NCBI GenBank assembly: GCA_964016885.1 | Contig: OZ024740.1 | Span: 206,956,001-207,020,000, forward strand | Origin: Eledone cirrhosa | Lineage: Eukaryota | Direction of reading: 5' to 3' | Length of the DNA stretch: 64,000 nt | Shown here: one piece after another, positions 13,301 through 25,440 of the stretch | How the letters are laid out: each line of letters starts with the position of its first letter | Numbering within the stretch: position 1 is the first letter of the stretch | Program-made: the position numbers and the translations under genes | Notes under the pieces: generated by a model | The model's database searches: none | Told to the model about the DNA's origin: nothing | Seen by the model: only the letters and a program-made list of their open reading frames with translations

Positions 13301-13843
13301 CACACGACCCTTTTGAGATTCTCTCGTTAACTTGGCTAGCGTAGCCAACTGGATTTCTGCCACAAATATGACCACCTGCTCTCATGTCCATCTCATTTTG
13401 CCTAACTTAGTGAAAGCAGCATAAGGTCCCTCAGTGAATGCTTCCTTAAGGCATTGCTCTATCTTCTCTGTCTTCAATTGGTCTGATTGGTCCATTTCGA
13501 GGTATAATGCTAACGCATCGCCGTCAGGATACAGTGCTATGAGGTCAGCCACATTGTCGATGCTTTGCAGTGTGGCAACCAATTTTTCTTTCTAATCCAG
13601 GCGATGATACCCCCCTCACTGATGAAGGCTTTAACTGCACTGCTACATATTTTTTTTTTCGTCACCATATCGTCTGCGACATTGGAGAGAGTAAATGAAA
13701 AAAAAAAAAAATCTGTGCTGAAAATGAAAACGGTCCTGAAATAGCTTGTCATGAGGAAGCATAGAAACCTACTTTTGAGTCTCCACTTGAGTCCCTCACT
13801 TCCTGCAAGACCTCCTCTGCACTTCTGGCATCCTAGCCTCACA
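10332..13843 (-). mobile_element. Degenerate LTR retrotransposon (gag-PR-RT-RH-IN order), copy 1
   Basis: Fragments ALYPDGDALALYLEMD (gag), LVDTSCTTLV (PR), YKGQTYCLT (RT), WCDDSSIALG (RH) and GPVVELLMDNNTAF (IN). Related LTR-like segments at 13747-13843 (internally deleted) and ~10332-10584. Many stops and frameshifts. Confidence 0.85.
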
Positions 13844-14770
13844 CTATGCTATATTGTTTGGAGAGGTGAAAGTGAAAATATCTATAAGAACTAAGCAATT
13901 TTAATTGTTTGTGTAGTGTGTTGTCTGAGTTAAATATTTAGAAAAGCACCCGCTGAGATTCACTAATAATTTTTTTTTTTCCTCGTTTTTTTTTTTTTTT
14001 TTTTTACGTGTTTTCCACTAATCTGCCCTCCGAAATTTTTTCCGAAAACGCATTTAAGGTGGGAGGAGCATCTCGGATTTTCCCAGCATCGGAGTTTTCT
14101 TCGGTGGGACTTTTTTTCTTTTCTAGTAACCCCCCACCCTAAAAAAAAAAAAAAAAAAAAACATTTTTAGAGATTCCCAGCGGATGCTTTTCTATAAATC
14201 TAAACGGCTGAGAAGTGCTTATCTATAACTCCGAGGGTCGCCCTCTATCCCCGCCGCCGTTTTCGGGAAAAGGGGTGGTTGGTGAGTGAGTTGAATGTCA
14301 GATCGGTTGAAAATAAACGAAAAGAAAAAAAAAACATTTTTTAACGAACCCCAGCGAATGCTTTTCTATAAATTTACACCATTTTTGATTTGCAGAAACA
14401 TTCCTTACTTTGTCGATAAAATAAAGTACCAGTAATGCACAGGTTAATTGCTGACCTTGTGCCAAAAGTAGCAACAATTATTACTGTAATTTATTATTTT
14501 ACTTTTATTCATTTCCACTCCATTTGGACTTCTCTATTAATACGGTATTTTGGATTCTACGAATATATATACATATATGTATAATATATATACATATATG
14601 TATACGTGAGAATAAACTTATATAAATATTTGTCGCTGTGGTACTTGAGCTGAAATGTAGATACGTATAAGAGCTTAACACCAATCCTATAATTATTTTT
14701 TTATTATTTAGATTAGACTCCTTCAGCAGCCGTATGAAGTATTGTGTCAAACAGGTTAGACATAACAATA

Positions 14771-14866
14771 ATGGCGGGACAAAAGAAGAGTATGTTGGGC
14801 ACTAAACCACGATTTCCAAGTTTGTTGGTTGCTTTAATCGTACCTTTGGGTATATCACTGTTGTTT
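14771..14866 (+). CDS. TMEM254: Transmembrane protein 254, coding exon 1
   Basis: ATG at 14771, MAGQKKSMLGTKPRFPSLLVALIVPLGISLLF (hydrophobic segment), donor TTT|GTAAGT, phase 0, matching exon 2. Confidence 0.8.
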
Positions 14867-16241
14867 GTAAGTTTATCTTTCCTCTTCCCAACTTCTTTTT
14901 CTCTTTCAAATAATCTCCTTTTGTTACTGTTACATTAGAAAGAACCGGTTATGTTTGGATATTTATTTACTCGTTACTGAGCAAATATTTCGTTAAATAA
15001 ATAAAAACGAAAGCTGTAGAGTCGAGTAATAAACCACTTTCAGTCCACTTATAGCCTTAATACATTGACAAAAGTATGACGGTTAACTGGCTCTCCTCTT
15101 ATAAAGTTAATAACATTTTGTTTATATTAGGTTCAAAATATAGTGATATATATATAGCTTTTATCTGTTGGTGTCTTGTTACTGTTATTCAAACTTCGAG
15201 CAGGCACCTGCATACTTGTTGTGAGCATCTCGTCTTTTAAATTGTCTCTAACATTACATTATTTTTTCCTCCTCTTATTTAATATGGTGGGTGTGGTTTA
15301 ACGGAGATCTGGCTGTTATTTCTAGCAGATTTAATGACCAAAAGGGAGCTTCTGTCACTTATTTAGCTTTCAGTTCGCTCTGAATAAGTAGACAATTGAA
15401 GAAAGGCCTTCCAGACGTTGCCATCCCACCCGTTTCTTATGTGCATGGAATCCATGACCACATTAGCCCATATTCCCTTTACGGTCTGAGTTCAAATCTC
15501 GTCGAGGTTAACTTTGCCTTTCATCCTTACGGGATCGATAAAATAAAATACCAGTAATGTACTAGGTATTTGCTGGTTTTGTGCCAAAAGTAGAAACAAT
15601 TATTATTGCCCTTTGCGTTCTGATATCAAATCCCGCCGATGTTAGCTTTGCCTTTCATGCTTACAGGGTCGATAAAATAAAGTACCAGTAACGTCGATTT
15701 AATTTACTTTTCCCTCCCCCCAAATTGCTGGCCTTGCGCCTAAATCAGAAACCTTTATTATGATTGTCCTTATTGAGCATACCTTCGATAAAAGCCCTGT
15801 CAGTAAGGGGCGTAGCGACGTTAAAATGTTTATTGATAGCGACCAAATAGAGAAGGTAACACGACACAGCGTTAATAGATGTTACAAACTGGTTGTCGTG
15901 TTTCTTGCTTACTATCTACTTATATATATAACCAGCAATTTCTCTGTCTGTCTGTCCGACAGTGGAAACACGTGCGCGCGTGCGAATGTTTTTTGCGCGC
16001 GCCTAGACAGAGAGTGAGAGTGAAAGAAAGAGACGGACTACAAGAGGGGGATAGCGGGAGGGAGAGAGGGGGGGAATTTAGGAGTGCTACAGAAACATAT
16101 ACATTTCTGTGTGTGTGTAATATATATATATATACACACACAGAAATATATATATATACACACAGAAATATATATACATTTCTGTGTGTGTAATATATAT
16201 ATATATACACACAGAAATATATATACATTTCTGTGTGTGTA

Positions 16242-16274
<33 letters not shown>

Positions 16275-16300
16275 GAAATATATATACATTTCTGTGTGTG

Positions 16301-16357
<57 letters not shown>

Positions 16358-17649
16358 GAAATATATGGGCATTTCTCTGTTTGTCTGTCTGTCTGTCCTT
16401 CCCTAAAACTCAAATGTAGGTGCTACAGAAATATTACCTTCCCCTTCCTTTCTCCACGTTGGTACTACCAAGAGAAACACTGTCGCTATAGAAACATTAC
16501 CTTCCCCTCTCCACTGACTTTGGTCACTGAGGCCGAGGGAATCGCTGGTTGCTATAGAGACACCTTGCACAAGCCAGAAGTAACCAGTTCGAGGCGGTTC
16601 TGACTTGACACCATGCCAAATCTACTTATAATATATAATGGGCATTTCTCTGTTTGTTTGTCTGTCTGTCCGTCTGTAAAAGATGCCAAGGAAACAAATA
16701 GACGCGGTTTCAAATCTCTATGCTTTTCAAATTCATTACATTAATCTTTATTTATACGTTTCGCTTTACGAATGTTTCGACTTACGAGTGTTTCGGCTTA
16801 CGAGTGTTTCAGCTTATCATTATATATAAACGTTTCTATTTCCATCGTTTTATCGTAAACGTTTATATATTTCCATCGTTATATCATAACGTTTATGTAT
16901 CATAACGTTTATATTTCCGTCACTAATCTCTTTTTCTCCTTTTTCGTTTTAACATATATTTATTTCAAAGATTTCACCGTATAGATAACATATATATTTA
17001 TACATGCATAAAAGACACACCGAGAGACGGTGAACATGTGGTGCCGAAAACATTTCTCATCCAAATCTCAACAATATCAGTATATACACTAGATTTGCTA
17101 GCAGAAAACCGCCCAACGGGTGGTTTTCTGCTAGTCTATATCTATGAAAATGTCTGTCTGTGTGTGTTTGTTCCGCAGCAACTTTTGATCCGCAAGGCCG
17201 ATTTTCAAAATTCTTTTTGTAATCAACCACAAATTTATCAGAGCAAGTCGGCACGACATTGCGAATGATCGACACCCCAGTTGTCCACGAAAAACATCGA
17301 TAAAACTGACTATAGGTACGACTTTGCACAGAAAAAATCTCTATATCTATAAAAATGAAAAAGAAAGAGTGAGAGTGAAAGAAACAGACAGACTAAAAGA
17401 GTGGGGTAGCGGGAGAGAGAGAGAGCGACAGACGCTGTGTTTGATACATGACAAGAGGGGAAGGAAGGAATGCTATAACTAATTAACATGTGTGCATGCG
17501 CGTGTGTGTTCGTGCAGCGTTCCAGTAAGAGTTAAATCTATTAACGTGTGTGTACATGCACACGTGCGTGCGTTTGAGCGTTTGCGTGCGTGAGTGTGTG
17601 TGTGTGTGTACGTGCGTGTGGCGTTTCACTTACGCCATTTTTTTCAGTG

Positions 17650-20387
17650 ACAGTAGTTGTAGACTTCCCCATGCTCACATTCTTATTTGGTTGTCGACAA
17701 AAAGCAGAGCAGACGACATCGACAAGATTATATCCGCAGAGCTTCCAAACCCGCAAACTGACAAAACCCTATTTGACAGGGTTACGGCGCACATGGTTCA
17801 CGGTCCTTGTGGACGTGGCTTTGAACAAGGGTTTTTGCTCCAAAAATAACCCAAAAGCCTTCCTTCGCAAAACTCAAACTGCTGATGACGGATACCCATC
17901 ATACAGACGAAGAAGCCCTGAGGACGGAGGATTAACAGCACTGGTTGGAAGACATGAAATTGACAACCGATGGATTGTACCGTACTGCCCATTACTACTC
18001 AAGGCGTTCAACTCCCACATAAATGTTGAATGGTGCAACTCTATTAAATCAATCAAATATGTCTGCAAGTATATAAATAAGGGCCCGGATGCCGCCATGT
18101 CTCGGGCTTAAAGAAGAAAACAAACGGGATGAAGTTGCACAGTACCAATCAGCACGATATATAAGTACCAGCGCGGCCTTTTGGCGAATTTACCGTTTCT
18201 CAATGCACAGAAGATACCCTGCCGTCCAACACCTTGCTGTGCACCTGGAAAACGAAGAGTGTACTATACAAAACAAACAGCTTTTCTGAGGGCTCTGCAA
18301 CCAAGGAACACAACTATTACTGCATTCTTTCAACTATGTCAAGGCGACGCATTCGCTCTCACTTTGCTGTATCCCCAAGTCCCCTCTTTCTACAAATGGG
18401 AAAAGTATTCATGGAAGCCAAGAATCAAAGGTGAAAGCGTTGATGGTTATCCCGATTTTAACTTTGACAGCTGTCTAGCGCGAGTTTACACAGTGCCCCC
18501 CCCCCCATCTACCAAGAATGTTACTACCTGCGTATGCTTCTCCATGACGTAAGAGGATCGACCACTTTTCAACACCTAAGAACTGTTGATGGCCAAATTT
18601 GCGACACGTACAGAGAGGCCTGCCTCAGGCGTGGACTACTGGAAGATGGTGCTCAGTGGAATGCCACTTTGGCAGAATCAGTTGTTTCACAAATGCCACA
18701 CAGCCTTAGGAAGCTTTTTGCTGTCTTACTGTACATTTGTGAATTGCCCGATCCTTCCTTCTTGTGGCTCAAGTACAGAGATGACCTCTCTGAGGACTTC
18801 AGACATTAAGCACAATTACAACTTCCTGACATGGAAGTAGGCTTCACAGATGAAATCTACAACAAAGCACTTATTGAAATTGAAAATATGATTGCTGCAA
18901 TGGGTGGGAATGCACTGCAGACATATGGCCTGCCCCAAACCAACAGAACAGGCTCCGACGTCATTTCAGCAGAAATACTTCGGGAACTATCCTACGACAC
19001 TGACAGCTTGGCTACATATGTCACTGAACATGAACCAATGCTGTTGCAGGAACAGGAACGAGCATATAACACTATTGCTGACTGTGTCTACCGTCGTACG
19101 GGAGGGATCTTTTTCTTGGACGCCCCTGGAGGCACAGGGAAGACTTTTGTAATACGGCTTCTCCTTGCCAAGGTTCGACAATACAGACACATAGCACTTG
19201 CTGTTGCGTCTTGCGGTATTGCAGCAACCTTGCTTCCTGTGGGCAGGACAGCACATTCAGCCTTCAAACTCCCCCTCCATATGACAGCAAATGACACACC
19301 CTGCTGTAATATTACCAAAGGATCAGAAAAGGCAGAACTGCTTAAAAGGTGTGAACTTATAGTTTGGGACGAATGTACCATGGCTCATAAAGGAGCTTTG
19401 GAGGCACTGAACCGGACTTTAAGAGACATAAGAGACTCCTAGGATCCTATGGGAGGCGTGACTGTCCTTTTATCCGGAGATTTTAGACAAACCCTCCCTG
19501 TTATTCCCAAAGGAACAAGGGCTGATGCTATTCGAGCATGCTTAAAGTCATCTCCGCTTTGGCATTATGTCACAACATTAACGCTCTCTACGAACAAGAT
19601 GTTTGGTGACCAAGTGTCATCAGATTTTGCTACCAACCTATTGACACTTGGGAACGGCAAAGTGCCACTTGATGAAGATGAAAAAAATCTCCCTGGAACC
19701 GGTCTGCACTTTAGTCGACAGTGCTGACGACTTGACAGATACAGTATTCCCTGAGTTGAGCACTAACTACCAAAATCCAAACTGACTGTGCGAAAGAGTA
19801 ATACTGACTCCGAAAAATGAGACTGTCGACAAAATCAACGGACAACTGCTTAAGTTTCTTCCTACAGTTTCGTGTACATACAAGTCCATCGATACAGTCA
19901 CAGACCCCATTAACTACCCAATTGAGTTTCTTAACTCATTGAACCCCTCCGGGTTCCCATCTCATCGATTGGAACTTAAGCAAGGATGCCCAATTATGCT
20001 TTTGAGGAATCTACACCCACCAAAACTCTGCAACGGCACCCGCCTTACAGTAAATAATCTAACACAAAACTTGATCGAGGCGACGATTCTCTCTGGGTGT
20101 GGAAAGGGGGAAATGTTTTTATCCCAAGGATTCCCCTTTGTCCGTCAACATCAGAGATCCCCTTTTCATTTAGGAGGCTCCAGTTTCCAGTTCGTTGTAG
20201 TTTCGCTATGACGATAAATAAGTCTCAGGGGCAAACATTGTCCAACGCGGGAATAAACCTAGAAGAGCCATGCTTTTCTCACGGTCAGCTATACGTTGGA
20301 TGTTCCAGAGTGGGAAACAAAAGAAACCTTTATGCATTTGCTCCAAACGGTAAAACCACAAACATTGTGTACCAAGAAGTTCTGTAA
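17650..20387 (+). pseudogene. Helitron RepHel (HUH Rep + PIF1 helicase), 5'-truncated and frameshifted
   Basis: LPHAHILIWL (HUH), MVHGPCG, KYVCKYINKG, FLDAPGGTGKT (Walker A), IVWDECTM, LSGDFRQTLPV and FAMTINKSQGQT, spread over several frames. Confidence 0.92.
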
Positions 20388-20419
20388 TCAACACTGCGAC
20401 ACAAACCGTCTTCTAACAA

Positions 20420-21125
20420 TGAAATACCTCGCTGCTTTCAATAATTACCAAATTGTAGACATACTGCCTTTTTGAAATCCATAACACCATACTTTTCGAC
20501 TGTAAACGTTGTGACCACTTTGAGCTGCACGGTATTGAAATGCACGTTCCCCTCTTGTTGGTTGAGCCAGTTTTCCATGGATTCACCAGCGCGAGCAGCA
20601 GACGTTGATTCACATGTCTTTGCTGCCGCAGTTGACGCTGTTTCGGTTGATACAGCTCAAACAATAGACGTTGACTCACAGTTCTTTGCTGCCGCAGTTG
20701 ACGCTGTGTTTCGGTTGATGCAGCTCGAGCTGCGGAAGTTGACTCCCATTTCTTTGTTGCCGCAGTTGACACTTTGTTTCGCTTGATGCAGCTTGAGCTG
20801 CGGAAGTTGCCTCAGCATTTCTATGCCGCCGTAATGAACGCTGTGGTTCGTTCTCTGCATCACCTGCAACAGACGTTGCCTCAATATTTGCTTTCTGTCG
20901 CAGTGAGGGTTGAGAATCGTTTTCTGCACCCCAAGCAGCAGCAGTTGCCTCAGCATTTATTTGCTGTCGCATCGAACGTTGTGTTTTGTTTTCTGCATCT
21001 CGTGCAATAGAAGTTGCTTCAGCATTTTTCTTTTGGCGTAATAATCGCTATTCGTTATTCTCTGTTACTTTTGCAATCGAGGTTGGTGCAGAATTTGTGT
21101 TGAGAAATTTTGAGCGTCCTTCATG
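20420..21125 (-). pseudogene. Disrupted ORF with 23-aa (69-bp) STPR-like helical repeats inside the Helitron
   Basis: AEATAAAWGAENDSQPSLRQKAN / IEATSVAGDAENEPQRSLRRHRN / AEATSAAQAASSETKCQLRQQRN show exact 23-aa periodicity. Confidence 0.6.
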
Positions 21126-23079
21126 TTTGGTCTATGTCACTGCAATCAGTCTAAGGAAAGCAACGTCACAGTTTCTATTGGCAGCCACAACCATACAGAA
21201 TGGTAAGCATTTCAAACTACATAAATCATTAGAATGCCTACATATACGCAATGTATAACGAAAAATTTACATGTTTCTACTGTAGCAAACGTATGGCACC
21301 CCCCCCCCCCCCCTTCATTTGTACTTTTCACTCAAAGTCGTCATACATTATCTCCGTCATCCCGCAACGACTTCAGTCCCTGAATTGTCAAACATCCCAC
21401 ATTATTGTCATAAATTCCATGTGACTCACTTTTGGGCTGCTGACTTCCTTGTGGCATAGTTCGCGTTTGGAGCTTCACACTTTTACACTCATTCACCTTT
21501 CATATGCCATAACATTTTACCGTTTTTACATCGAACAACACATACTTCTTATGGTTAAAAATAAATGTTTTTTGGGGGGGTTCGTGCTACGTTGTTTTCT
21601 CTTTAAAAAAATTATTTACTAATGGTAGACTTACACCCGGGCAACGCCGGGTATGGCTGCTAGTCTATATATATAAAACTGAAGATGTGTGTGTGTGTGA
21701 ATTTCAATCCCTAAAACTCGAGAAGTACCCAACCGATTTTTTTCAAACTTTACATGTGTATTACTTATGTTTCAGGGAGTGTTATGCACATAAAAAAATT
21801 CAACTTTTTGATCCCCCTAGGGCCCGCATTAGGTAAAAACTGCGTTTTTTTTTCAGCTTTTTAGGGGTCTTTTGAGGCGTTACGTCAGACCGATTTCCTT
21901 GAAATTGTAACTATGTATTAGTCAGTCTCTTCTTCATACCGTGAGCAAAGAAAATCCAATTTTTTCAGCCTTTTAGGGCTTTTTTGAGGCGTTACGTCTA
22001 GCCGATTTTCCAGAAATTTCAAGGCATATTATGCACATAAAAAAATTCATTTTCTTGATCCCCATTAGGTGAAAACCTGCACTTTTCCTGCTTCACCGAG
22101 GAAAATCTTAAAGATTATCCAGCCATCAGACTATTCGGTTTATTTTCTTTACATATTGTCCAGACATGCAGTTTTTCTACGATTAAGTCTGTTGGCAGCC
22201 CGCATTCCAAAATACCTTATCCCGTGCAACGCCGGGTACCACTGCTAGTATTCGCTATTTTGGTATTCTTTAAACAATTGGTTATAAAACTTTTTATATT
22301 CATTAAAAACAAACAAATAAACTTATTCACTCATATCATTAGAATGGACATAAGTTTGTGTTACGTACTCTCGAGTCCCAAATAATAGGGGTGGGGTGAA
22401 CATTTGCTTAATTTCTTATAAGCGGTGGTTGGGTCGGTAATTGTATAGTGTACGTTCGTAAATATGGGATTTCTTGTAATGTTCTTTTCTTTTTTGTCAT
22501 ATATAATATTTTTTTTATTGTAAAATAAAATTATTATTAGATTCTCCAGCTGCTGTATGAATCACAATAAAATTTTGTAGGAGATAGAGTAGCAAAATTT
22601 AATAAGTGTGGGGTTGGGAGTTGGAATAAAATTAATAAGCGAGGGGTGGGGGTGATGATTATTTAAGACCTGAAAGTAATTTGATAAATAATTTTATTTA
22701 CATAAATATTTCACATGAAGAAAAGAAGTTTAAAGAATCAAAATAAGAGGTTGGGGTGTGGCAGATTCTGCACTCCTGGCTAGATGGTATATCTCAAATG
22801 TTCCCATCAGACAAGTTAGTGAAAACATTGCTGCAGAGAACAGCCAGCAACAGCTGCTGTATCAGCTACTCCACCTCACAAGGTTCCTTCCTCAGGCAAA
22901 GATGCACTTCTTCCTAGTTTGCAGAGCAGAGGAAAATGGCAGACCAGAGACCGAGGACACTCGCCATCAGGACTGCGATTGGCACAAAAATGTCTAGTCT
23001 AGTCTTGGTATTTGGAAATCTTCTACTCCTCTGTGCTACAGGCAGAAGTGCCAACATTAGTGGCCCATTCAATCTAGAC

Positions 23080-23528
23080 CAGCGGTCGCCAACCTTTTGG
23101 ACCTCGCAGACAACTAAATTCATAAATTTAAATCCCGTGGACCACTAATATGAATTTTTTTTAAAAGATAGCTACATTTGTAAAATAATTGTTTCTACAT
23201 TTGGCACAAGGCCAGCAATTATCTCAGTGTATTACTGGTGCTTTATTTTATCGACCCCGTAAGGATGAAAGGCAAAGTTAACTTCGGCGGGATTTGAACT
23301 CAGACCATAAAGGGACGTAACTCTTTGCTGCAAAGCATGGCGTCCGACCCTCTACCAATACTGCCAATTAAAATAATGATTGGAGAACTTCCATTTTATT
23401 AATATGAAATGCACCTATTAAATATAACAAAATTATAAATGCTTATAAACATAAAAATTGCAAATAATGTCCAAGTTTTTCTGTGGACCACCAAAATATT
23501 CTCACGGACCTCCGGTTGGCGACTGCTG
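23080..23528. mobile_element. hAT/Charlie-type MITE with nested SINE
   Basis: TIRs CAGCGGTCGCCAACC / GGTTGGCGACTGCTG, imperfect 8-bp TSD atctagac/atctaaat, SINE A at 23186-23370. Confidence 0.8.
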
Positions 23529-23724
23529 ATCTAAATGAGTTCCACATCTCCATTGCACAGTTGGAACCAATGTCAGTATAGGATTGAAATGTGACAGGTT
23601 CCTTGACTCTGCAGGTTTTCATGGGTTGTCAAGTCACCTGAAAGTAAGTTACCTTACTTACTATACCAAGCTGAACCTAATTATCAAGCAGGCCGTGGCT
23701 CTAGTCAATATCTAACTAAGAAGA

Positions 23725-23970
23725 CCTAAATTATTAACCATCTTGCCAACAACAACCCTGAGCATCTTTTTGAATTCCATGTGTCTAACACCTGTGGACA
23801 TGCTTACAAAGTCAGAAAACAGCACAGCTCCCATGACTTTCGGAAACATTTTTTCATGCTCAGAGTTGCTGAAGCATGGAACAAACTCCCTGCATCAGTT
23901 ATTAGCTGTTGGGACACTGCATACTTCAAAACTTCCATGCTTCCTGGAATTCACCATCACTACACCTGAT
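23725..23970 (+). mobile_element. CR1-like LINE 3' fragment
   Basis: TCGHAYKVRKQ..FRKHFFMLRVAEAWNKLP matches the CR1 ORF2 C-terminal motif. Confidence 0.7.
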
Positions 23971-24507
23971 ATTCCCCCTCCATACATATGCATTCATATG
24001 TGTGTCTGTGTATATCATGACTCATACACTGTTCACTTTCCTGACATTTGTACATTATTCTATGTACTATACATGCACCTTTGATGAATTGTTATGCAGC
24101 TGAGCACTGTACACAATAATTTGCATTGGCAGTATCAGTAGACCATCAGACAACATGGTTTGTGGCATAGAGTTACGGGCCTTTACATTCTGAGTTCAAA
24201 TACCGCCGAGGTTAACTTTGCCTTTCATCCTATAGGCTTCAATAAAATACAGTACCAGTCATGCACTGAGGTCGATTTAATCGACTTTCCCTTCCCCCAA
24301 AATTGCTGGCCTTGTGCCTATATAAGATATTCCAACCACGACCATCTCTAGATCAATGAATGGCAGGTGGGTGGGAAGTGCTCTTTGCTAAGAACATCTC
24401 TAGTTGTGTTATTGAGAAAAGAGCATAAGTAGTACCTCATTCTAACCCAAACTGTATCTATTCTAACCTGTTTTTATTTCTAATTAGTTACCAGTCATTA
24501 GGAAGGA

Positions 24508-25330
24508 TCTCTTTAGGGTCTACTTGGGATATACAATATATGATCCCTCTTTAGGGGTCTACTTGGGATATACAATATCTGGCCCCTCTTTTGGGTTTAC
24601 TTGGGATACACAATATCTGCTCCCTCTTTAGGGTCTACTTGGGATATACAATATCTGATCCCTCTTTAGGGTCTACTTGGCATGCACAATATCTGGCCCC
24701 TCTTTTGGGTCGACTTGGAATACACAATATCTGGTCCCTCTTTAGGGTCTACTTGGGTTACACAATATCTTCTCACATTTTAGGGTCTACTTGAGATAAT
24801 CAATATCTGCTCCCTCTTTTGGGTCTACTTGGGTTACACAATATTTTCCCCCTCTTTAGGATATACTTCAGATACACAATATTTGGTACTCTTTTCGGTT
24901 CTACTTAGGATATACAATATCTGGCTCCTTTTTAGGGTCTACTTAGGATATACAATATCTGGCCCCTCTTTAGGGTCTACTTGGGATACACAATATCTGA
25001 TCCCTCTTTAGGGTCTACTTGGGATGCACAATATCTGGCCCCTCTTTGGGGTTTACTTGGCATACACAATATCTGCTCCCTCTTTAGGGTCTACTTGGGA
25101 TATACAATATTTGATCCCTCTTTAGGGTCTACTTGGCATGCACAATATCTGGTCCCTCTTTTGGGTCGACTTGGAATACACAATATCTGGTCCCTCTTTA
25201 GGATCTACTTGGGATACACAATATCTAATCCCTCTTTAGGGTCTACTTGGGATGCACAATATCTGGCCCCTCTTTAGGGTCTACTTAGGATACACAATAT
25301 CCCTCTTTAGGGTCTACTTGGGTTACATCT
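24508..25330. repeat. 38-bp minisatellite (about 21 copies)
   Basis: ctctttagggtctacttgggatacacaatatctggccc tandem units. Confidence 0.95.
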
Positions 25331-25440
25331 CTTTCCTATGCAATCTTCTCATTCAGCAACTTGTAATAACCACTTCTATGATTCTTTTTCCTTTTCTCAT
25401 AAAAAAGCGAGCATGTCACTGTTGTTATATACATCACTGA

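Larger units (their letters stand above)
15915..22248 (+). mobile_element. Composite/tandem Helitron array
   Basis: 5' TC(TA..) starts at 15915, 16621, 17135, 17340 and 21664. Hairpin+CTAG 3' ends at 17134, 21663 and 22248. The outer boundaries are A|TC and CTAG|T. Confidence 0.8.

Noticed and set aside
14700-14740. Short similarity to 22530-22565 (attaga.tc..cagc.gc.gtatgaa) just upstream of the TMEM254 ATG
   Set aside because: About 30 bp, gapped and partly low-complexity; cannot be distinguished from chance or an old repeat.
15879-16413. YI/CV-rich ORFs here and at 28404, 61262 and 62336
   Set aside because: Translations of TA/TG microsatellites.
18831-20387. Host PIF1 helicase gene
   Set aside because: Intronless, frameshifted, fused to a Rep domain and bounded by Helitron termini.
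24508-25330. CRISPR-like regular repeats
   Set aside because: Units are contiguous with no unique spacers, the context is eukaryotic, and there are no cas genes.
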